Shown here: piece by piece, positions 1 through 9,495 of the stretch
How the letters are laid out: every line of letters starts with the position of its first letter
Position numbering within the stretch: position 1 is the stretch's first letter
NCBI GenBank assembly: GCA_964574355.1
Contig: CAZNMD010000003.1
Coordinates: forward strand, 5,316 to 69,315
Direction: 5' to 3'
Length of the DNA: 64,000 nucleotides
Source of the DNA: an uncultured Candidatus Saccharibacteria bacterium
GTDB taxonomy: Bacteria > Patescibacteriota > Minisyncoccia > Phycocordibacterales > DSPV01
Notes under the pieces: model-generated
The model's database searches: none
Told to the model about the DNA's origin: nothing
What the model saw: only the letters and a program-made list of their open reading frames with translations
Made by a program: the position numbers and the translations under genes

Positions 1-2
1 TG

Positions 3-3000
3 TGGGCAAAGCCAACAAGTCTTGTCGCGGGCGCACCGTTTATTTCAAAAGCAACAAATTCTGGTGGGGGGCAGGGGTGGTCGTTCGGTTTGCATAACGG
101 TACAGTGAGTAGTCTTAATTTTACGGTGTATGGATTTACGGTAAGTGATCTAACGGTAACAACAGTATCTGGAACTGTTGTTGTAGATGAGTGGGCTCAT
201 TATGTTGTGACGTGGGATGGGACAAATCAGTCGAGCGGTGTGAAGGTTTATAAAAATGGAGCCCTTCTTTCGACTGTTATTTCTCAAAATGGTGGTTCTT
301 CTAGTGCTCAGAGTGATGTTTCGAGAGATTTAAAATTTGCTCGAGAGAGTGGGTATGGCTCGAATTATTTCAATGGAGCCCTTGACGATGTTCGAATTTA
401 TAATCGGGTACTCGCAGAAAGTGATGTTCAAGGATTGTATGGAATGATTCATACTCCAAGTGGTCCACCCTCCGGTGATACGAGCGCACCTTCTGTTCCT
501 TTTAGTGTTTCTGCTCTTCTTGGTTCTCCTTCGGAAGCGACTATTGCATGGAGTGCTTCATCTGACGACGTTGGAGTAGTGGGGTATCGTGTCTATCGAA
601 ATGCAACATTACTTACGAGTGTAACAGGAACTACTTTTTTTGATACGGCCCTCTCTTCCAATACAACGTATACATATACGGTTTCTGCGTATGATGCGGC
701 GGGTAATGTATCTTTGCCTTCAGTTGCGGCAGTGGTGACGACACCGCTTCCGGTTACTCCGACCTATAGTCTTACTGTTTCAAGATCTGGTACAGGAACA
801 GGATCGGTGATTGGTAGTGGCATTACTTGTGGTACAGATTGTAGCGAGTCTCTCGTTGGTGGGAGCAGCGTGTTGTTACAAGCAAATCCGGGATCAGGTT
901 CATCTTTTGGGGGATGGAGTGGGGCGTGTACAGGTACAGGTTCATGTAGCTTTTTGATGAATAGTAATACTACGGTCCAAGCACTTTTTTCTGGAAGCGT
1001 ATCTTCGTCTCTTACTGCTCCTGTGAATCTTCGTGCTCACGAGACACATCAGGACGCTTCGTTGTATGGATTTGAGTTTCGGTGGGATGATCCTTCAAAA
1101 GGATTAATGGATGGATTTTTAGTTGAAAAATCTACGGATGGAGTAATGTACGAATTTGTGGCTACTACTCCCTATAACGATACGCATTACACAATAACGG
1201 TACCGAATGGTACGACTAATTGGCTTCGAATAAAAGCTTTCAAAGGAGGTGTCTATTCGGAACCAACGGCGGCAATGAAATTTACAACCATTATTGCTCC
1301 GTTGTACTACAAGGTCGCAGCAACCGAAAGTGGTAAGGTGCTGCTCACCTGGCGAGACATTTCAACTGATGAAACTGGTTTTATGATTGAGCGCAGTACA
1401 AATGGAAAAGATTTTCAAGTTATTGCCAAAAAACCAACTGCAGATTTTTTAACTCAGTCGTATTATCCAGACAAAATCTTTACTGATGATAATGCAGGAG
1501 CTGGTCTTTTGTTGGGTACAACGTATCACTATCGATTGACTGCCTACAATGCACTTGGTGTGTCTCCCTATCCTGAAGTTTTTGCCGTTGCTCCGGGTAT
1601 GGTTCCTGCGGCACCTTTGGCTACCCTTACTCTTACAAAAGATACAACGAATGGTGTAACTCCAAATACCGTACTTATTCAGGTGACCGATAATTCAAAT
1701 AATGAACAAGGCTTTGTTGCTGAACGGTCAACTGACGGGGTGACATGGACGCTCGCGGGGACCGTGTCTGCTGCGGCGGGCGAAAAGTGGATGTATGATC
1801 GAGGAATTACCCCCGGTGTTACATACCAGTACCGAATCGCTGCCTACAATCAGACGGGACGTTCGTCGTATGTAATGAAAACTATCTCTATACCCGCAGT
1901 TCCTCCTGTTGGAACGCGTTTGTGGTATGTGTCAAAAGGAGCTTTGGGGAGTCCAACGGGTGCGTCTTGGACAAATGCATGGAGAAGTTTAAATGAAATT
2001 AACTGGGTAGCTATAAAGCCAGGAGATACGTTGTATCTTGATGGTGGAACATACAATGAAGTTTTGTATGTATATAGTTCCGGTACAGTTTCTCAGCCGG
2101 TCACGATTCGTCCTGGTTCGGCATCGCCTTCTCCTTCCGGTCATAGTAGTCGTGTTGTTGTAAATGGTATACAAATTCGAGCGAAGAATGTGGTTGTTGA
2201 TGGCGGTTTGCAGCCGTCATTTGTTCCGGTACGAGCCTATGACATCGTTCCAAATATCAATATGGAAGTCACTAATTGTCCAAATTCGTGCGTATTTTCT
2301 TCAGACGCTGAGGGAATTACGGTGCGGTTTCTTAATGTGCATCATCCTGCTGTGTTGGGGGCCAATGGTATTTCTTTGGTAGGGAACAATGCTGATCGCT
2401 TAACTATTTACGGTAATCATATTCACGATATAACTCAAGATGGTATTGGATATCAAACTGGAGTTGGTGCAGGATTTGATTCTATTAAAGTTTCTTTCAA
2501 TCTCATTGAAAGAACAAACGATGATGGTATTGAGGCTGGCGGACATGCAACAATTAACAATAATGTTATTTCGGGAAATGGTGTTGCTGGAATTGGTCAT
2601 CCTGACGGTATGCAGCTGAAGGGTGACTATATAAAAATTTATAATAATTCAATTTATAATCGTTCTCGTTCGTCGTATGTTATTTCGATTGAAACCTATG
2701 GTCCAACATCCGGTCACTGGCATATTTTTAATAACCAACTTTATTTTTCAACATTAGCGGGAGGCAAAGCGGCTACCGCCTCAGAAGGTATTTTCTTGGG
2801 AGCACGTTCCCAGAAAGGGAATATTGTTTCGTTTCAAACAGAACAGGTATGGGACGATATTATTATTGCAAATAATACATTCGTTAATTTGCAAAATAGT
2901 AGTGTTATTGTTTTTGGCACTCGTGTTGAAGAGGTGGCGAAGGTTAGAATTTTACAACTTCTTATTGCTAATAATCTTTCATATAACAATACGGGTACAA

Positions 3001-5345
3001 GTGGTAGTACGATCAGTTTGAAAGGAGACGCAGCTTCTTCTGTGGTTTATGATAATCCGTCCAGTCTTGTTTTTAAGAATAATGTTGTTGCTGGTTCAAA
3101 CACCAACGTGACCTATAAAGGGGTGACGTACCCTACAGTTGAAGCGCTCGATGCGGCTGTTGGTTTTCAAAATAATTCAAGCAACCCTCCTATCTTTGTA
3201 AGTTATGAAGGTGCAGATTTCAGGCCAGCAAATAGTGATACTGTGGTAAAAAATCGTGGTGCAGATTTGTCATCTTTTTTTGCTTTTGATTATGCGAACA
3301 CTCCTCGTCCGGTTGGAACTTCTTGGGATATAGGAGCTTTTGAATCGGTAGGAGATGATGGTGCACCACCTATTCTTGCACCTGTAACTGCCGTTCTTAC
3401 TGTTCAAAAAGGGGGAACAGGAGTGGGTATTGTTACAGGGGTTGGTATTTCTTGCGGAAGTGATTGCTCGCATGTTGCTTCTGTTGGTGCATCAATAACG
3501 CTCACTGCAACACCTCAGGCGGGATCGGTTTTTTCTGGTTGGTCTGGTGGGGGTTGTTCAGGAACGGGGACGTGTAGCGTTTCACTTACAAGTGCACTTT
3601 CTGTTGTTGCTCTGTTTAGTTTACAAGGGGCGTCACCAATTTCGAGTGATTTACTCTTAAAAATTGATTTTGATACAGATACATTTGGCAATAGTTTTGC
3701 CGATCGATCTGGTCGTGGACAGATTGCAACTTGCCAACCCGCGTATTCACTTAATGGACTGATGCATAATCAGTGTCCAGCAAGCTCAATTGGGCCAGAT
3801 GGAAGTAAAGCCGCTCAATTTATAGGTAAAACATGTGTTGTCGATAGTGATTATATTGGTGTGGTGGACAATGCTTTTTTGAAAAATATGCAAAAAGGCA
3901 CAATTTCTGTTTGGGGATATTACGACCCAACCGCTTATGTTGGAGCTCAGCTTCTTGACTCGTGGTCATATGTGCCGGGAACATGGGGACTTGGACGTAA
4001 TTGGAATGCTTCAGGTGATGCCTGGATGCGAACTCGATTTGCTGTTGCCGATACATCAGTTACGACAAGTGGTTTTGGGCCGTATCTATTCTTGTTTCCT
4101 GATAAAGGCCAATCTCGTTGGAGTTTATATACAATTACCTGGGATGGTTCGCGGGTGAAGGGTTACTTTGATGGTGTCCAAATCGCTGATGTTCCCCAGA
4201 TTCTTAATGTAAGTACGAATAGTTTTTATTTGGCATTAGGGGCATTTACTCATTACGAACCAAGAAATGCTTTGGATGAAAGTTGTTCAACTTATTATGG
4301 TGTACCAAAAACTGAACAGCGTATTATGCCTAACAACGGCTTTCTTACGGGCAAGTTGGATGATGTTCGTATTTATAATCGACCACTTTCAGATGAGGAA
4401 GTTGTTCAATTGTATAAAGCGGCAGGAATGTCTCCGGTCTCTTCTAAGTTCGCACCTGGTTCACGAGTTCAAGTTTTGCAAACATTGAATACCCGAAGCG
4501 TTCCAACGACAGCTGGTTTTGCTTCAGGTACACACGGAAAAGGAGCTCTTGGAGTAATTGTTGCTGGTCCGATCGCGGCAGATGGTTATATTTGGTGGCG
4601 TGTTGATTATGATTCGGGTCAAGACGGTTGGTCTGTTGAAGATTTTCTTGGAAGTTCTAGTTCGCCGATACCTCCTAATCTTCCCTTACCTACAACACCA
4701 TCAGTTCCTGAATCACCGGTCCCACCAACACCATCAGTTCCATCGACTCCTCCTTCTGGAGGAGGGGGTGGCGGGGTTACTCCCGCTAGTCCTCAACCTG
4801 AAAAACCTCGTTTGACTACGTCAGTTAGTTCTGGAGGTGGCGGTGGGGCTTCGGTGTCTCCTTCAGGAACAGTTGTGCCGCCAAATACGATTCCTTCGGT
4901 TGCCTCAGAAGCTCGTTCCTCAGATGCTCCGGTGTTTCGCTTTACGCTGCCTCTTTATCGGGGGGCAACAGGCCCAGAGGTAGTTTCTTTGCAAAAAATT
5001 CTTATCTCTGAAAAACTTCTTTCTTCTGATGCGGCTACAGGTCTTTATGGATTACAGACGATGCGAGCGGTTGAATCTTATCAATTACGATATGGTATTG
5101 TTGCCGGCGGTGACGCTGCAACGACCGGATTTGGTTTGGTTGGTAAACAAACACGTACGCACCTTAATACTCAAATAGAGCAGAGAAAGTATGATTCAGT
5201 TTTTGGAGCAAAAACATCTTCAGCTGGTTCGTTAGGAGAGGCGGATCGTATTGCCTCTCTACAAAGACAAATTATCGAATTGCAAAAGATCGTTCAACTT
5301 CTTGTGTTGCAGTTGGCTCAAATGAAATTACCAAAGTCCCAGTAA
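3..5345 (+). CDS. Giant multidomain surface protein, 5'-truncated (LamG, FN3 repeats, InlB-B-like repeats, right-handed beta-helix, second LamG, SH3-like, Pro/Gly linker, C-terminal peptidoglycan-binding-like domain and coiled coil)
   Basis: The frame is open from base 3 (WAKPTSL...), so the true start is upstream of the window. Motifs: LamG 'WAHYVVTWDG...FNGALDDVRIYNRVL' and a second 'GKLDDVRIYNRPLS'; FN3 'DTSAPSVP...WSASSDDVGVVGYRVYR...YTYTVSAYDAAGN'; 'GITCGTDC...WSGACTGTGSC' repeat twice; Asn-rich beta-helix ending 'WDIGAFE'; PG-binding-like 'LYRGATGPEVVSLQKIL...TGLYGLQTMRAV'. Confidence 0.85.
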   Translation, partial: WAKPTSLVAGAPFISKATNSGGGQGWSFGLHNGTVSSLNFTVYGFTVSDLTVTTVSGTVVVDEWAHYVVTWDGTNQSSGVKVYKNGALLSTVISQNGGSSSAQSDVSRDLKFARESGYGSNYFNGALDDVRIYNRVLAESDVQGLYGMIHTPSGPPSGDTSAPSVPFSVSALLGSPSEATIAWSASSDDVGVVGYRVYRNATLLTSVTGTTFFDTALSSNTTYTYTVSAYDAAGNVSLPSVAAVVTTPLPVTPTYSLTVSRSGTGTGSVIGSGITCGTDCSESLVGGSSVLLQANPGSGSSFGGWSGACTGTGSCSFLMNSNTTVQALFSGSVSSSLTAPVNLRAHETHQDASLYGFEFRWDDPSKGLMDGFLVEKSTDGVMYEFVATTPYNDTHYTITVPNGTTNWLRIKAFKGGVYSEPTAAMKFTTIIAPLYYKVAATESGKVLLTWRDISTDETGFMIERSTNGKDFQVIAKKPTADFLTQSYYPDKIFTDDNAGAGLLLGTTYHYRLTAYNALGVSPYPEVFAVAPGMVPAAPLATLTLTKDTTNGVTPNTVLIQVTDNSNNEQGFVAERSTDGVTWTLAGTVSAAAGEKWMYDRGITPGVTYQYRIAAYNQTGRSSYVMKTISIPAVPPVGTRLWYVSKGALGSPTGASWTNAWRSLNEINWVAIKPGDTLYLDGGTYNEVLYVYSSGTVSQPVTIRPGSASPSPSGHSSRVVVNGIQIRAKNVVVDGGLQPSFVPVRAYDIVPNINMEVTNCPNSCVFSSDAEGITVRFLNVHHPAVLGANGISLVGNNADRLTIYGNHIHDITQDGIGYQTGVGAGFDSIKVSFNLIERTNDDGIEAGGHATINNNVISGNGVAGIGHPDGMQLKGDYIKIYNNSIYNRSRSSYVISIETYGPTSGHWHIFNNQLYFSTLAGGKAATASEGIFLGARSQKGNIVSFQTEQVWDDIIIANNTFVNLQNSSVIVFGTRVEEVAKVRILQLLIANNLSYNNTGTSGSTISLKGDAASSVVYDNPSSLVFKNNVVAGSNTNVTYKGVTYPTVEALDAAVGFQNNSSNPPIFVSYEGADFRPANSDTVVKNRGADLSSFFAFDYANTPRPVGTSWDIGAFESVGDDGAPPILAPVTAVLTVQKGGTGVGIVTGVGISCGSDCSHVASVGASITLTATPQAGSVFSGWSGGGCSGTGTCSVSLTSALSVVALFSLQGASPISSDLLLKIDFDTDTFGNSFADRSGRGQIATCQPAYSLNGLMHNQCPASSIGPDGSKAAQFIGKTCVVDSDYIGVVDNAFLKNMQKGTISVWGYYDPTAYVGAQLLDSWSYVPGTWGLGRNWNASGDAWMRTRFAVADTSVTTSGFGPYLFLFPDKGQSRWSLYTITWDGSRVKGYFDGVQIADVPQILNVSTNSFYLALGAFTHYEPRNALDESCSTYYGVPKTEQRIMPNNGFLTGKLDDVRIYNRPLSDEEVVQLYKAAGMSPVSSKFAPGSRVQVLQTLNTRSVPTTAGFASGTHGKGALGVIVAGPIAADGYIWWRVDYDSGQDGWSVEDFLGSSSSPIPPNLPLPTTPSVPESPVPPTPSVPSTPPSGGGGGGVTPASPQPEKPRLTTSVSSGGGGGASVSPSGTVVPPNTIPSVASEARSSDAPVFRFTLPLYRGATGPEVVSLQKILISEKLLSSDAATGLYGLQTMRAVESYQLRYGIVAGGDAATTGFGLVGKQTRTHLNTQIEQRKYDSVFGAKTSSAGSLGEADRIASLQRQIIELQKIVQLLVLQLAQMKLPKSQ

Positions 5346-5437
5346 GTGTCCGGTCGTTAAGAGATCTTTACAGTTCTTGTGTATAAACAGAGATTGTTTG
5401 TCACCTATACACGGTATACTGAGAATACTTTCATCTT

Positions 5438-7867
5438 ATGAATAAAGAAGACGCGTTCATTCTTTGGTATAAAGATCTTTCAATTGCCGATGTTGCTTTT
5501 GCGGGCGGTAAAAATGCTGCCCTAGGAGAAATGGTAAGTAATCTTGGAGCAATGGGTATTTCTGTGCCGAACGGATACGCAGTCACCGCAAAAGCCTATC
5601 GTTACTTTCTTGAAGCAACAGGGCTAAAAGATAAAATTGCTCATATTCTTTCTGATTTAAATACAAGTGATATCCAAAACCTCCAAGCAAAAGGGAGAGA
5701 GGTAAGAGAAACTATCTTAGCGGCAACTATCCCGAAAGATCTCGATGATGCGATTCGGGTGGCGTACGCTGAAATGGAAAAGATGTATGGGGTCAATACT
5801 GACGTTGCTGTTCGTTCGTCAGCTACAGCAGAAGATTTGCCCGGAGCATCATTTGCTGGTCAGCAAGAGACTTATTTGAATGTTGTAGGAGCTGACGCTG
5901 TTATGGTTGCAACAAAAAAATGTATTGCGTCTCTGTTTACCGATCGTGCTATTTCTTATCGTGTTGATAAGGGATTTTCGCATACAGATTCAGCGCTTTC
6001 GGTAGGTGTTCAAAAAATGGTTCGTTCAGATATGGGGGCTTCAGGAGTTGCTTTTTCAATTGATACAGAAACAGGTTTTGATAAGGTGGTGGTCATTAAT
6101 GCGTCTTATGGTCTTGGAGAAATGGTGGTGCAAGGGAAAGTAACACCGGATGAATTTACTGTTTTTAAACCAACGCTTCAAGAAGGGTATCGTTCGATTA
6201 TTGCTCGCGATTTGGGGCCAAAAGAAGTAAAGATGATATATGATGGCTCGTCGACGAAAATTATTGATACACCAGACGAAGATCGAAAGCGTTTTAGTTT
6301 AACTGACGATGAGATTTTAAAACTTGCCGATTGGGTAACAAAAATCGAAACCTATTTTTCCAATAAGCATGGACATTATCAACCGATGGATACTGAGTGG
6401 GCAAAAGATGGTATTACCGGAGAGTTGTTTATTGTTCAGGCGCGCCCAGAAACAGTGCACGCGATGAAGGATAAGAACATAATGAAAACGTATCGGTTGA
6501 AAGAGAAAGGGAAAGTTTTGGTCACGGGAACCGCCGTTGGAAGCAAGATCGCAAGTGGTAAGGTCCGCGTTATTAAAGATGCGTCAAAGATAGGTGAGTT
6601 CCAAAAAGGAGAAGTGTTGGTCACAGAAATTACTGATCCTGATTGGGAGCCAATTATGAAAATTGCTTCAGCGATTGTGACTGATAAGGGTGGTCGTACA
6701 TCGCATGCCGCAATTGTGTCACGCGAACTTGGAATTACCTGCGTTGTTGGTACTGAAAAAGCAACTACTGTTCTTCAGACGGGTCAGGATGTTACCGTCG
6801 ATTCTTCGAGTGGTAAAACAGGTTTCATTTATGAGGGGGTTGTGCCATTTGATGTTGTTGAAGAGCGTCTCGATACGATTCCAACAACACGGACAAAAAT
6901 CATGTTGAATATCGGTTCACCAGAAGAAGCGTTTGAAAAATATCAGCTTCCGGTTCAAGGTGTTGGATTAGGACGACTTGAATTTATTATCATGGGCCAT
7001 ATTCAGATTCACCCAAACGCGCTCATTGATTATGAAAAAATAAAGGCTGAAATGGGGAATGATGAGTATAAACAGAAAGTCATTCGAAAGATTGATGAAA
7101 TGGCACCAAATTATCCTGACAAGAGAGACTTTTATGTTGATGAATTAGCCGAAGGAATTGGAAAAATTGCAGCTGCATTTTACCCACATGAAGTAATCAT
7201 TCGTTTTTCTGACTTTAAAACAAATGAGTATAGGACGCTTGTTGGAGGAGAGTTGTATGAACCTCATGAGGAAAATCCAATGATTGGGTGGCGTGGTTCG
7301 TCGCGTTATTACGATCCAAAATTTAAGGAAGCGTTCGGTCTTGAAGTGAAGGCCATGAAGAAGGTTCGCGAGGGTATGGGTCTTAAAAATGTTGTTGGGC
7401 TTATTCCTTTTTGTCGCACGGTAGAGGAGGGACAAAAGGTTGTTGAAACAATTAAAGAATTTGGCCTTGATCGAGCCTCTGATCCTTCATTTAAGTTGTA
7501 CCTTATGTGTGAGATACCTTCGAATGTTATTTTGATTGAGCAATTTTTGGAAATTTTTGATGGTATGTCAATTGGATCAAATGATCTTACCCAGTTAACG
7601 CTTGGTATGGATCGTGATTCTGGTATTGTGTCGCATATTGGTAATGAGCAAAATCCGGCAGTTAAAAAATTAATTCAAGATACAATTTGGAAATGCAAAG
7701 AGCGTGGCAAGTATATTGGGTTATGTGGTCAAGGGCCATCAGATTTTCCTGAGTTTGCGCAATTTCTGGTGGAAAGCGGTATCCAAAGTATGTCACTAAA
7801 TCCAGATACGATTTTGAAAACACTTATTGCGACCGCTGAGACTGAAAAGAGAGTAGGGTTTAGATAG
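5438..7867 (+). CDS. ppsA: Phosphoenolpyruvate synthase
   Basis: 809 aa with 'GGKNAALGEM', 'VAVRSSATAEDLPGASFAGQQETYL', phospho-His 'GGRTSHAAIVSRELG', 'EENPMIGWRG' and 'SIGSNDLTQL'. Confidence 0.97.
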   Translation: MNKEDAFILWYKDLSIADVAFAGGKNAALGEMVSNLGAMGISVPNGYAVTAKAYRYFLEATGLKDKIAHILSDLNTSDIQNLQAKGREVRETILAATIPKDLDDAIRVAYAEMEKMYGVNTDVAVRSSATAEDLPGASFAGQQETYLNVVGADAVMVATKKCIASLFTDRAISYRVDKGFSHTDSALSVGVQKMVRSDMGASGVAFSIDTETGFDKVVVINASYGLGEMVVQGKVTPDEFTVFKPTLQEGYRSIIARDLGPKEVKMIYDGSSTKIIDTPDEDRKRFSLTDDEILKLADWVTKIETYFSNKHGHYQPMDTEWAKDGITGELFIVQARPETVHAMKDKNIMKTYRLKEKGKVLVTGTAVGSKIASGKVRVIKDASKIGEFQKGEVLVTEITDPDWEPIMKIASAIVTDKGGRTSHAAIVSRELGITCVVGTEKATTVLQTGQDVTVDSSSGKTGFIYEGVVPFDVVEERLDTIPTTRTKIMLNIGSPEEAFEKYQLPVQGVGLGRLEFIIMGHIQIHPNALIDYEKIKAEMGNDEYKQKVIRKIDEMAPNYPDKRDFYVDELAEGIGKIAAAFYPHEVIIRFSDFKTNEYRTLVGGELYEPHEENPMIGWRGSSRYYDPKFKEAFGLEVKAMKKVREGMGLKNVVGLIPFCRTVEEGQKVVETIKEFGLDRASDPSFKLYLMCEIPSNVILIEQFLEIFDGMSIGSNDLTQLTLGMDRDSGIVSHIGNEQNPAVKKLIQDTIWKCKERGKYIGLCGQGPSDFPEFAQFLVESGIQSMSLNPDTILKTLIATAETEKRVGFR

Positions 7868-7885
7868 TTTATTTTGTTCAAAAAC

Positions 7886-7920
7886 ATAAAAACAAGGCCG
7901 TACAAAGGCCTTGTTTTTAT
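7886..7920 (+). terminator. Intrinsic terminator after ppsA
   Basis: ATAAAAACAAGGCC / GGCCTTGTTTTTAT, a 14-bp inverted repeat ending in a T-tract. Confidence 0.75.
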
Positions 7921-7948
7921 TGACGTAAGTATATAAATATGTTAATAT
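7920..7948 (+). promoter_or_regulatory. Sigma70-type promoter of solitary gene 8042
   Basis: TTGACG-17 nt-TAATAT with TG at the extended -10 position. Confidence 0.6.
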
Positions 7949-8041
7949 AGTCGAAGGTAGTACTCGATGGCACTATTGTGTTGTTCGAGGGGTGGTACAT
8001 CGAAAACGGGGATATATCCCCATCGGTAGAAAGGTTACACA

Positions 8042-9409
8042 GTGCACCATTCGAAAATTAAAATTATTGTTCATGAACGTCCTCATTGGGATGAAATCGT
8101 CGGAGTTTGGTTGGCACAAACGTATGGTGGTGGGAAGTATGTCGGCCTCGACAAGGCTGCAATTCGTTTTGTCGAAGAAGATCCTCTCGGTGGGGACAAT
8201 CGGTTTGACTCCGAAGGGTTGTATCCGATCGGTACCGGCAAGGGTCGGTGCGACGATAAGGGTCCGGATGGTAAGCGCAAGGCGGGAAAGTGTTCTGCTT
8301 TGCTTGTTGCCGAAGATCTTGGTGTCGAAAAAAACCAAGAACTCATTCTCCTTCTTGAGGAAACGCTTCATTGCGATACCCAAAAGGGGGTTCGTCTCAC
8401 ACAGCTCGCCGAAGCTTTGAAGTTGATAATGCTCAAGTTCGGTACGGCTGGTCAGGAGTTTTTTTTACAGCACTCGTTGACAGTTGTTGGTGCCATTGTG
8501 GCTCAGTGCGCGAATCGCTACACCGCCGGTCGTGGCGAGAAGGGAGCCCTCGACTTCTTTGAGGGTTTCGTCCGGAACGGAAGGTTTACCGACCAACGAA
8601 TTATCGGGTTTATGCGTAAGCAGCTCCAAATCGGAGCAGCTCATACAGAGTCGGTCACGGAGATCGACTTTGTTCTTCGGGCGATGCAGCGAAATGGTAC
8701 GTCTCTCAAAGATACCACCGAGTTTGCTCGCTTCATTCTCCAACACGTCTATCAGGTGCAGGAACACATTCGTGACCTTTCTCAGGTTATCAAGCCTGAC
8801 AACAAAACTCATCGAGGTCAAAACTCGAGGGAGTTTGTCACTACCGGCTTGTTTGATGATTGTGAGAGGCCGGTTCGTTTCATCATCGTTGATAGCGACG
8901 ATCCGTTTGCTCACCGTGCAACATCGTACCTTCGGTATGATGTTCATGTCATCAGGCAGTCAACGGGCAATGTTCAGGTCTTTGCCAACACATCGAAGGG
9001 TGTCAAACTTCATGTGGTGGCGGCGATGATTCGGTGGCTCGAGCTGCCGAGTGATCAAAAGACTGGATTCCTCGATGAGCTCGAGGACGCCGGAATAATT
9101 GAAGGTGTGTCACACTGGTACTACTTCGTGGAGGCACAGATGCTGTTTAATGGTTCGCAAACTCACACAGGTGTGCGACCGACAGAACTTGCTGGTCAGG
9201 CGATCGTTGATGTTCTTCGCCACGCGTTTCACCCACGTGAAATTGGGAAGTGGAAGGCGTTGCATGGAAAGGGTCGCTTTTCGCGTCAGGTTCGGTGTCC
9301 GGAAAGGTCGGTCAAGTCCAATGTCTCGGTCCAGTCTGCCGGGAAGGATTGGCCGACGGATATCGCCGCTGATCTCGAAAGGATTTGCAGTGGTCTCAAC
9401 GGAGAGTAA
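8042..9409 (+). CDS. Hypothetical protein with a MYG1/DHH-like N-terminal region (solitary gene)
   Basis: 455-aa ORF, GTG start after AGAAAGG. 'IIVHERPHWDEIVGVWL', 'IGTGKGRCDDK' and 'CSALLVAEDLG' resemble MYG1-family motifs but are degenerate. Confidence 0.6.
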   Translation: MHHSKIKIIVHERPHWDEIVGVWLAQTYGGGKYVGLDKAAIRFVEEDPLGGDNRFDSEGLYPIGTGKGRCDDKGPDGKRKAGKCSALLVAEDLGVEKNQELILLLEETLHCDTQKGVRLTQLAEALKLIMLKFGTAGQEFFLQHSLTVVGAIVAQCANRYTAGRGEKGALDFFEGFVRNGRFTDQRIIGFMRKQLQIGAAHTESVTEIDFVLRAMQRNGTSLKDTTEFARFILQHVYQVQEHIRDLSQVIKPDNKTHRGQNSREFVTTGLFDDCERPVRFIIVDSDDPFAHRATSYLRYDVHVIRQSTGNVQVFANTSKGVKLHVVAAMIRWLELPSDQKTGFLDELEDAGIIEGVSHWYYFVEAQMLFNGSQTHTGVRPTELAGQAIVDVLRHAFHPREIGKWKALHGKGRFSRQVRCPERSVKSNVSVQSAGKDWPTDIAADLERICSGLNGE

Positions 9410-9434
9410 TCTCCACACGTCTTTATGACGATCG

Positions 9435-9470
9435 AGGAGCGTACAGCGATAAGCTGGCGCTCCTTTTTTT
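9435..9470 (+). terminator. Intrinsic terminator of gene 8042
   Basis: AGGAGCG..CAGC/GCTG..CGCTCCT stem followed by a T7 run. Confidence 0.75.
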
Positions 9471-9495
9471 ATTCAATCAATGATACGATTCGGTT

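Noticed and set aside
4693-4741. 16-bp direct repeat in the surface-protein gene as a mobile or regulatory repeat
   Set aside because: It encodes the repeated TPSVP unit of a Pro-rich linker.
7973-9428. Several alternative-frame ORFs over gene 8042
   Set aside because: Expected from stop-codon scarcity in a GC-richer segment; only the 455-aa frame fits the SD and terminator.
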